49,671 bases of DNA, taken from Octopus sinensis (Eukaryota). The position numbers were made by a program, and so were the translations under genes. Of this stretch, positions 37,838-47,400 are shown in pieces. Where the stretch lies: assembly GCF_006345805.1 (NCBI RefSeq), contig NW_021834306.1, positions 1-49,671 of the forward strand, read 5' to 3'. Under the pieces are notes generated by a model, which did no database searches, was not told the origin of the DNA, and saw nothing but the letters and a program-made list of their open reading frames with translations. The stretch's first letter is position 1. Every line of letters begins with the position of its first letter.

Positions 37838-39107
37838 ATGCCACGTGCTTCTTCTGGAATAAAAAAGAAACGGTGCTTGAAAGATGAACGGAGAGTGTTT
37901 CAAGATAAATGGGAACTTCTCTATTTTTTCACAATGGTTGATGGAAAAATACATTGTTTGATATGTAACAAGTTTATCGCTATACCGAAAGAATACAACC
38001 TAAAGAGGCATTATCAATCTAATCATCTATCATACATTTATTTCGAAGGTATTAAGTTGCTTATTAACCAAGAAGGTCCAATGCGTGTTTCAAAGCTAAA
38101 TGAATTGCGAAAAAATTTATCTGCCTTACAAACTCATTTCACAAAAAATCATATTCGAACTACTGCATTAGTCACTGCAAGCTATGAAATCAGTAGAATG
38201 CTTGCAGTAAATGGAAAATCATATTGTGATGGTGATTTCATCAAGCAATGCCTTGTAAAAACAGCGAATATTATTTGTCCAGACGACGCCCACTTGTTTA
38301 AAGATATTTCATTAACAATAAACACTGTTCCCGAACACATTAATGAAATGGCATTGAATTTGAAACACCAATTAAAGTCTGATTTGTTAAAATTCGAATA
38401 TTTTTCAATTGCAATCGATGAAACGGTCGACGTCGTTGGAATTGCACTTTTAGAGCGTGTGATTCAGATTTTAATATTTATGAAAAATTTCTCGAACTAG
38501 TACCAATGCACGATACTACTACAAGTAAAGATATCTTTATAAAACTACTACAAATTCTCTTTGAATATGGGTTTGATTTGAAGAAGCTTGTGTGTTTATC
38601 TTTAATGTTTCCAATGCAGATGAAGGGCGTTCATGTGGGCAGGATCGAACCTTTCAGTAGGATCTCCCTCGCTTGAATCGGGGACCACGGGGATTATAAT
38701 AATTAACTGGCTTACCCGTGTTTGGTCTTTAAATAAAATAAAAAAAATAAATAAATGCAGATGAAAGTTTACAAATGGAACTATTGGAAATCCAATCAGA
38801 TTCTATACTTAAAGCTAAATATTTGGAGGTTGGAATACCTGCTTTCTTTTCATATCTTCCTGGAAAGTTTAAAAACTTTAAAAAGTTTGCAACAAAAATC
38901 ATTGCTATGTTTGGTTCGACATATGTGTGTGAACAGCTTTTTTCATTTATGAAAATGACAAAAACTGCTCAAAGAACAAGACTGACTAATGAACATTTAT
39001 CCTCTTTAATAAAAGTCGGAACTACTCGAATAGCTCAGCCTGACATATCAAAAATTGTATCTAAAAAAAGATGTCAATCCTCTGGAAGCAGCTCTCACCA
39101 AAATTAA
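37838..39107 (+). pseudogene. Transposase of the outer hAT, with central deletion and retroposon insertion
   Basis: RVFQDKWE, CLICNK...NLKRHY, ASYEIS, GDFIKQC, AIDETVD, then LQMELLEIQSD...MFGSTYVCEQLFS...RTRLTNEHL. Confidence 0.88.
38625..38753 (+). mobile_element. Short retroposed insert (SINE or LINE 3' end)
   Basis: 12-bp TSD AATGCAGATGAA (38613-38624, 38754-38765) and A-rich tail. Removing it restores the hAT frame FNVSNADESLQMELL. Confidence 0.88.
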
Positions 39108-39809
39108 AGGGCGATAATTGAATAATTTAGTTTCTCTTATTTTGGTTATTCATCATAATAAATATCAGAACTAATCTTCCCTTAATGAGAAATTATTATA
39201 AATGCGGCCCTCAAAGCGAAATGAGTTTGACACCCCTGATCTACTGCAAATGAATTAGCCAATTTCATGTCAGAAACTTGTTGAACAGACACATTCGAAG
39301 ACATCTTAAAAGTCCTGTAGGCTACTATTTTTGCAGATAAAGGTACACTAAAGTCTTTCGAATCCGCAAATTTCGAGGATCGGAAAAATCTGGCGGATTT
39401 GAAAGACTTATGGATTTTTTAATCCATTAAAAATTTAAATTATTAAGCCAAAAAAATTAATTAAAACCAAAATAATGAGTCAGTTTCGAATTTTTCTTTT
39501 TCGAGTTTGGCTCATTGAAGATCCAATGTTTTCAATATACTCAAGATTTTCTATATTAAAGAATATTCTTGATTATAGAACTCTTTTAATTTGTTTAAAG
39601 CGATAAAAGCCTCGTTAATAGTAAACACTCTGACTTTGTTCACACTGTTCTTCGCTAATTTCTTGTTCTATTTTTTCTGAATTATTTAATTCAAGTTCTT
39701 CACTTTCGTTATATTCAATCTTAATATAAAGACTCTCTTCTAATGGATCAATAATATCCATTTTTTCCAGAATATGGTCATAAGTTTCAATAAAAGATTT
39801 TTCACAATT

Positions 39810-40160
39810 AATATTTTCACTGTTTTGAGTCCATTTTGCATGAGTGAAACAATTTAAAATTAATGAACTTTCTATTTTGTTCCAAGCATAATTAATATGT
39901 GAATAATATTGAATCTTTTATGCTTAGTTGTTTGTGTGAAACATAGGGGTTTGTCCCAGCTTCAATTTTTTAATTATATTAAAAAAATTTTAGAGAATTG
40001 AAGTTACATTTATACGATTTAATTATACCCTGATCCATGGGCTGTAAAAAAGATGTTGTATTAGGTGGTAGAAATAACATCTCAATTTGTTTTAGTTCAA
40101 TGTAAATTTCATAAAATTCACCTTATGTGCAGGAGATTGATCTACAACAAGTAAAATTTT
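39810..40160 (+). repeat. Old dispersed repeat, inverted homolog of 26690-27080
   Basis: Same collinear blocks as listed for the partner copy. Confidence 0.75.
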
Positions 40161-40167
40161 TCGCAAA

Positions 40168-40445
40168 GTGGAAAAATACAAGAATCTTGCCACTCGGCAT
40201 TCCTTCGTGCCTGTGGCTCTTGAGACATCAGGCGCTTCCGGTCCGCAGACCTCATGCTTCTTAAAAGACCTCGGTATCCTCATCGCTCGGAAGAAGATGG
40301 ATGCTCGCGAGTCCTCTTGGTTGAGGCAGAGGATCTCACTCGCAATCGTGCGTGGGAACGCGCAAGCAATCCGTTCGGCTGGATTAATTTAGTTAACTGA
40401 CAATTGTTTTGTTCATTTAAAGCAATACTATGTATAAAAAAAAAT
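40168..40445 (+). mobile_element. CRE-clade retrotransposon 3' end (second subfamily)
   Basis: KYKNL..HSFVPVALETSG...LRQRISLAIVRGNA followed by an A-tract at ~40436-40444. Confidence 0.8.
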
Positions 40446-40515
40446 TGATTATTTATAAATAAATTTAATTCAAAAATTATTTAAAATTAGGATACATGGC
40501 GGATTCATTATAATA

Positions 40516-41782
40516 TGTCACATGGGCGACTATGTCGCTATGGGCAGCCAGTACTTTCACGTGTTTCTATGGAAACCGCAGAAAAGGTATTAAATATTGA
40601 ATATAGCAATTTATATATGGAAGAGTGTAGATATAATCAATTATTCTAATTTAAAATTACATTTGAATTATCTTTTAAAAATGGCTTACCCAAAAGTATA
40701 TTAATTTAACAGCGTGGTTACTCACACTTTGTGATGTCTGGGTTTAAGGGTTACGTCAGAAATATTACGAATACAATCAAATTAAAGAAGCGTTAATCGG
40801 GATATTCCCGGAGGATATGAATGCTCGAAGCAAACACCGGTTGGCCAAAAAGGCTTCCATTTTTGTCAAAAATGTCTGAAGAATCGTCAGCAGAACATCA
40901 TTTAATTTCGAGTTAGGGTTACGTTAGGGCTTGGGTTAAGGTTAGGGTTAGATTTGAATATTTATTTTGTCACTTGCCAACGTTTGGGTTAGGGTTAGAT
41001 TTGAATATTTATGTTGTCACTTGCCAACGTTAGGGTTAGGGTTAGATTTGAATATTTATGTTGTCACTTGCTAACGTTAGGGTTAGATTTGAATATTTAT
41101 GTTGTCACTTGCCACGTTAGGGTTAGATTTTGAATACATTTATGTTGTCACTTGCCAACTTAGGGTTAGGTTAAGGTTAGGGTTAGATTTGAATATTTAT
41201 TTTGTCACTTGCCAACGTTTGGGTTAGGGTTAGATTTGAATATTTATGTTGTCACTTGCCAACGTTAGGGTTAGGGTTAGATTTGAATATTTATGTTGTC
41301 ACTTGCTAACGTTAGGGTTAGATTTGAATATTTATGTTGTCACTTGCCAACGTTAGGGTTAGATTTTGAATACATTTATGTTGTCACTTGCCAACGTTAG
41401 GGTTAGGTTAAGGTTAGGGTTAGATTTGAATATATTTATGTTGTCATTTGCCAACGTTAGGGTTTGGGTAAGGTTAGAGTTAAAGTTTTTACAAACTTTG
41501 CAAAAAATTTGATGTAAATTATAATTTGCTAATGTTGCAATTTATATTATCAAAAAAAAATAATTCACATTATAATTTGCTAATGTTGTAAATAATTTTA
41601 CTATTTTAAAGCAAGCATGGTTCAAATATAAAACATCATTTCCTCAAAAATTTAAAGTTCAATCATTAGTTCGGATCGCTTGTTTTTATATTATTTGGCC
41701 TTTAGTAAATATTTGCTATGTAGTTGCCATGGAAACACGTAAAGGCCAGGTTGCCCATAGGGGTCTGATCACCCATGTGACA
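40516..41782. mobile_element. TGT...ACA non-autonomous element (family G3) carrying a telomere-like minisatellite
   Basis: ~60-bp imperfect TIR TGTCACATGGG-N11-CTATGGGCA...ACGTGTTTC(C/T)ATGG and exact TSD TAATA (40511-40515, 41783-41787). Confidence 0.88.
40913..41480 (+). repeat. Minisatellite: 11 copies of ATTTGAATATTTATGTTGTCACTTGCCAACG separated by TTAGGG-type repeats
   Basis: Read unit by unit. Units 1-5 recur as units 6-10. Confidence 0.97.
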
Positions 41783-41879
41783 TAATAAATATGACGGATT
41801 CGAGAATTTTTTATAGGAAAAATGGCGGATAAGAAAATTTATTAGTTATAATTGGCATATTCGAGAGACTTTACTGTCA

Positions 41880-42420
41880 TTATCTTATTCACGATTTCTG
41901 CCTTATTTGAAAAATCGTTAAAAAGTTCTTCACAGATTTAAAACATGTCTTGATAAATTCGCCATCGGTAAATAGTTTTCCACTTTTTGTGATCTCGTGG
42001 CTTATCAAAAAGTTGACAATATTTGCAGTCCCGGCAGTGTGTTGCCAATATTTAAAAGAGGAATTATCAATCTGATTATTCTTTGCAAGTTCTTCTACAG
42101 ATTTCTTTAGTGAATCACCAATTAGATATTTTTTGCAAAATTTGAGTGTTTTGTGTTAAGTGTCTCTCTAAATTTGACTTTTTGTTTTAATTTAAAGTTT
42201 CCTGGAAAATAAGGCATTTCGGTAGTTGTTCTAAATTAGATGTGAACCAAGATACAATCCATATTGATTGAAAATGTCGGTAATTATAGATTTTTTTGTT
42301 TTATTTCTAGGTACATATAATGTACCATCAAAAATTCATGTTAAACATGTAAAGATTTTTTTATTAACAGAATATTTATTAATAAAGAAAAAATTAACAA
42401 AAAAATTAAAAATGGAAAAG
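41880..42420 (-). mobile_element. hAT (SPIN-like) transposase N-terminal relic
   Basis: FLISHEITKSGKLFTDGEFIKTC and a degraded upstream zinc-finger segment. Confidence 0.65.
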
Positions 42421-42534
42421 CCAATTTTAACCAAAGTTTGAAATACATGCTATATCGTATAAGCAAAATTTAGGAGTAAATATGTAAACTTTTAAATAGT
42501 TTTACACAAATCATATATTAAAACCAAATAAATA

Positions 42535-44210
42535 TACCATTTACAACTCTATTTTGCAAGTACGAAATTTAATTTGCGGTCAGTAAACTCATTCCTGCAA
42601 ATAAGAAATGATTTTTGCGGTTAAGAAAATCGATTTTGCAATCAAGAAAATTAATTTGCGGTCATGAAAGTCGGTTTTGCAAGTGGGAAATTAAATTTGC
42701 GGCTAGGAAAATCGATTTTGCTAGTAGGAATACTACCTTTGCTAGCAGGAAATTCAATTTGCAAATTCATTTTGTATAACCTTGACGCAACATTAATGCG
42801 TTTAAACAATATATAAGTATTTTTGCGTGTTAAAATTAAATTAAAAATGGCACAAAATCGAGAAGTCTCCGAAAATTCACAGAAAATGGTACAGAAGACA
42901 TTTGCATAAACAGACAAGGAAGAGGACATTACGGAAAATATTCAATGGAAAAACGGAAATTGATCATAGACACACACGATAGAGATGGAGATTGGCGCTC
43001 TTATGCAGGTCTTTGGAGTGAAAGAAAGGACCGCATATTATTGGATTAAAAATAAAAAAATTGAATTACTTCCTAAAGGAGGAAAGATTTGGAGTAAAAA
43101 AAGTGAAGAAATTATATCTGCTCTATTAACTTGGATTGAATGCGATTGCCAGATCTCATTGGTCGAATGTACTGAAAAATTCAAGCTCAATTCAATGTTA
43201 CTGTTTGTGTAAATACAGTAAAAATTGGCTTGATGGACAATTAATTTCATTGAAATCAATTCGGCCAGTCACAATAAACATGAATACAGAGGAAAATAAA
43301 ATAAAAAGAATGGAGTATTTAACACGTCTTTTGAATGCGAGATCTAAAGGAAGAACTATAATTTGGATAGATGAGTCAAATTTTAATTTATTTTGTCGTC
43401 GTAAAGAAGGACGTTCAAAAATTGGATGTCGGTCTATTGTTCTTGCACCCAGTAGCAGAGGGTCAAATTTACATTGTATAGCTGCAATGTCATCATCACA
43501 AATATATAATTTTAAGTGCAGAGAGAGGCTCATATACAGGGGAGTCCTGTAAAACATGGTTTAGGCAACTTATTAATGAATGTGATGCATCAGGAGTTAC
43601 ACATCCAACATTCGTAATTGATAATGCTCCTATTCCAGTCAACTTGAGTCTGTAATAAATCCAGGAGAAAATAGTGAATTATTAAGACTAGCGCCATATT
43701 CTTATTTAATCAACCCAAAGAATTGCTTGGAGTTCATTCAAAGCTGAAGTAAAGAAGAGATTCGTGAAAATATGGATATAATTATAAATATAAAAAAAAA
43801 TGCAGAGGGACTGTCAATAACCGAATTCAGAATGAGAATCTTGGAAAGGATTGAATTGAGGCAAAAGAAGTATTAACTCCACAAAAGTTAATGGAATTCT
43901 CGAATCATGTGGAGAGATATTACCCCTCAGTAATTCGATGTGAAGATTTAAACTGACAATTCTTATTTGTAATAAAAATTTCTTGCAAAATAGAATTTCT
44001 CACTTGCAAAAATGGTTTTCATGACCGCAAATTTAATTTTCTTGATTGCAAAATTGGTTTCCCAGTCGCAAAATTCATTTACTATTTGCAAAAATGATTT
44101 TCCTAACCGCAAACCGGATTTCTTACATGCAAAATTGCCATTCTTGACTGCAAATTTAATTTCCAGATTGCAAAATGATGTTCTCAGCTGCAAATTGACT
44201 TGTAATGGTA
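42535..44210 (+). mobile_element. IS630-like Tc1/mariner-superfamily element with ~250-bp repeat-array ends and frameshifted transposase
   Basis: Ends TATACCATT...AATGGTATA; IWIDESNFNL, VIDNAP and LRLAPYSYLINPKE (about DD33E after one frameshift). Confidence 0.88.
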
Positions 44211-44400
44211 TAGTTATAAAAACAATAAAATTGAAGAGCCTACTTAAGACTCAAAGAGCCATCAAAGGCTCGCAAGCCCGCTTTTCCGACCCCTGCTCTA
44301 TGGCATAATTTGCATTTATTACAATGCACGCACATTGGAAAACGAGTGCATCGTTATATTGTAGGAATAAACCAAATATTTCACCCTCTGCCCGTCCAAC

Positions 44401-47400
44401 ATGCCGGAAGCGCAGTGGACAGACTGTATGCCGCGGAAAAAAAACGATGAGGGGCGAAGGAGAGAAAATATGAAGCGCTACGAGATCGATTCGTGTTCTG
44501 TCCGATTTGTGGTCGAGAAATGGAGGAATATCAAGACCAATTGACAAAGTGACCTCTTTTTTATTGTTGTAGGGTGGAGGATGAGAGGATTGAGTTTGAT
44601 TATGTCTTGACGAGCACACACGACTGTATTATGGCACTAAGGGGAGTCCATTCAGTCATTCGTGGGATGCTCAACCCGAACACTGTCAAGTTGGGAGACT
44701 CTCTAGGATTGTTGTCCCCAATGTTGGTTCATGCAGTGCTTTATCGGTACTCTTATTTTGAGAATGTGCAGAATATTCCACGAAAAGTACTTGTCTGTGG
44801 TCAATTCGTTGGAATGTCTTCCATTTCAGGTGATTCCGATTGTGTTGGCGAGGTTGTGGGTGTTTTCGAATGTTAGATTGGAGAAGACCTACAACGAGTT
44901 ATTCAACAGAAGGACTGCTTTATACGAGGATTGGGGAGAGAGTGCAGAAGAGGACGTATTTGCGGTCACTCGACCATCAGAGTTCATGTTTCAAGACAGC
45001 CGAGTCCAAATCATTGCGTACTAGAGCACTGTGTGACGAGATTGAGAAGATGCGATATGTTGGTGGCCCCTCTCATGCCCAGCTGACGAGAGACCCGACT
45101 GTCGAGCCACATGTCACGTTGGACTATTCGACTATTGGAGTGATGGAAGACGCCGCTGATTTGTTGATATATTACGTCAAGAGACAGAACTGTACTGACT
45201 GGGTGACCATTTAGACTCCAATGAGGACAAAACGAGGATAAGCGATTGGTTTATGTGTTTGGCTGACTTGGTGTTTATATCTCGTGGGGTTTTGTCTGAT
45301 GATGAAGGTTTGTGAGTTTTTCTTATTGTAGAGTGGGATGTGTTGGGGATGTGGAGGAAGATTTGCGACTGTTTTATGGGGGTGTCCATTGGTACTGCTT
45401 CCTCAGACTGCATCATTTATTGTGCAATCGACTTGCTCGATTACAGGAGATTGTTACTGAGAGAATGCAAAGAGAAAAGGACTTGGATGATGACTCGGGG
45501 ATTGCTCAACTCGTCGGACTCGACAATACAAGTATTCCCTCAATTCACGTGGCAGAACGGGATAGAATGAACTATTCTTATGGACTTCAATTAATTCGTG
45601 ACTTGGTGGATGGGGTAGTCGACTCCTCCGCCTTTGAGGATCGGATGAGGGAAGTTTTGGAGTCAATGCATTTATGTTATTCACAGTGGACAAACTATTG
45701 TACCACTCTGCCAAAAATGTATTGGTTTGTGTTATTTTGTAGTTGCAGAGAATTGTGATGCGAGAATATAGTGTTGATGACGGGTCATTTTGTTTTATGA
45801 GGTTGTATGACAGATTTGTTAATCCTGGGGAATATTTTGTGGTAGTGTCCCACGTCTATCAACTCTACAAATTCATTTTTGTATCTCCTTTGTGCTAATA
45901 TGTCAGAACAGGAATCCCCGTTCTTTGGAAATCACTCTTCGACCGAGTAGACCGGCTAATGACGGCGCTCGCATTCCTTTCCTGGCCAGGTTTGGGGAGG
46001 CATTCATTTTAGGAATTTGAGGAAGTCTAGTTTGAGGAGATGTGTGCCTGATATTCCCGATTCGGAAATGTTTGTGCGAGTAGGACGGTCAGGGAAAAGA
46101 GTATATTTGTGTGTGTATGTTAGTGGTCTTGGAACGAGCATGCGCGGAGAAGAATGACTGTGGATGGGAGTCCGATTTGGTTAAAGGGAATATTCCTTTT
46201 GTGAACTGCACTGACTATATGTTTATAACTTGTCTTATCATTCTTCTTTATGTGATTAAGTGGAATTGACAGACCTATAAGTGCTGTTCGATTGGTTCAA
46301 TTAAATTATATTTGTGACATTAATGGTATTTATTTTGTTCAGAGGTTACTTTTACCAATCGATACCTGACCTGGTTGTTCAGACTGTTAATGTTCTAATC
46401 GATATTCTTTAAATTTAATTATGATTAGTTCATTTATTTAACCGCCAAGACCACGATAAAAATCACACAAAAGTCACGTGATCCCGATTTATTTATTAAC
46501 CCCCAAGCTTTCATGGCAAACCCAGCACAAACAGTCATAGCTAACTAATCGAATGAAAAAGCCAATTCGCCCAGTTCCCATTTGTCAGCCTCCTACCGTC
46601 GCTCACCGCACGTCATTTGTTTTCGGAAGGGTTTTTCATAATGAAGATTTTTCATTGGTAATGTGATCAAGGGATCCCGATGCACTCGACACGGACCTCA
46701 TCTTCGCTCGGAGATCTTTCCACGAGCCCACACAAGATCACACCGGGCGGCAGGCCGTTTTTGACGTAGCATTGACCTCAAAGTGCTGACAGATATCTTT
46801 GTCAATCCACTTATTTTGTATTGTTTTCCAGTGTGCTTATTAAGAATAATGTTTATACAAGATTAACGAATTTCATTAACCCGATTATTTCGAAAAATTA
46901 AAGTCGCGCAACATTCAAGTGGTGATTAGGTCACCAAATAGACTACATTATTAGCAGAAAGTCCACCTGCTAAATAATACACATTCAGAATAAAAAACAA
47001 GAACTGATAGCGACCACAGGATCTTCATTGCAAAACTGCGTAAAAAAGCATCCAACTGGTAAAAATACATTGAAAGGCAAGACCAAATCCCAATATATAC
47101 TTTTAGACAAAAAATTGAGGTTAGAGACATTTGTAAAGAAACATTGGAAGCAAATCGAGACTCTTATGGAGAAAATCGCACCCGAATCATCAGTAAAAAC
47201 TCTGTGGGATCAAACAAAGCAGGTAATCTTAAAGTCGGCCAATATATTTCTTGGAGTTCAAAATTATCGTGCCCTAAAATTAGATAACCCCTAAACGTGC
47301 CAGATATGGTAAAGCATCGCAGAGAGCTATGGCTAAAAGTGCCAAACACGTCTGACAAGAGTAACCCGAAAGAAAAACCAGTAACCCAGAACTGATTGCA

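Larger units (their letters stand above)
28292..39238 (+). mobile_element. Outer hAT (Charlie/SPIN/GTF2IRD2-like) element hosting nested insertions
   Basis: 14-bp perfect TIR CAGGGGTGTCAAAC (28292-28305, 39225-39238) and exact 8-bp TSD ATCTACTG (28284-28291, 39239-39246). Confidence 0.96.

Noticed and set aside
38625-38753. tRNA gene
   Set aside because: Only a B-box-like motif; no cloverleaf.
40913-41480. CRISPR-like repeat-spacer array, or a true chromosome end
   Set aside because: The spacers are repetitive rather than unique and there are no cas genes; the array is internal, interrupted and enclosed by transposon TIRs.
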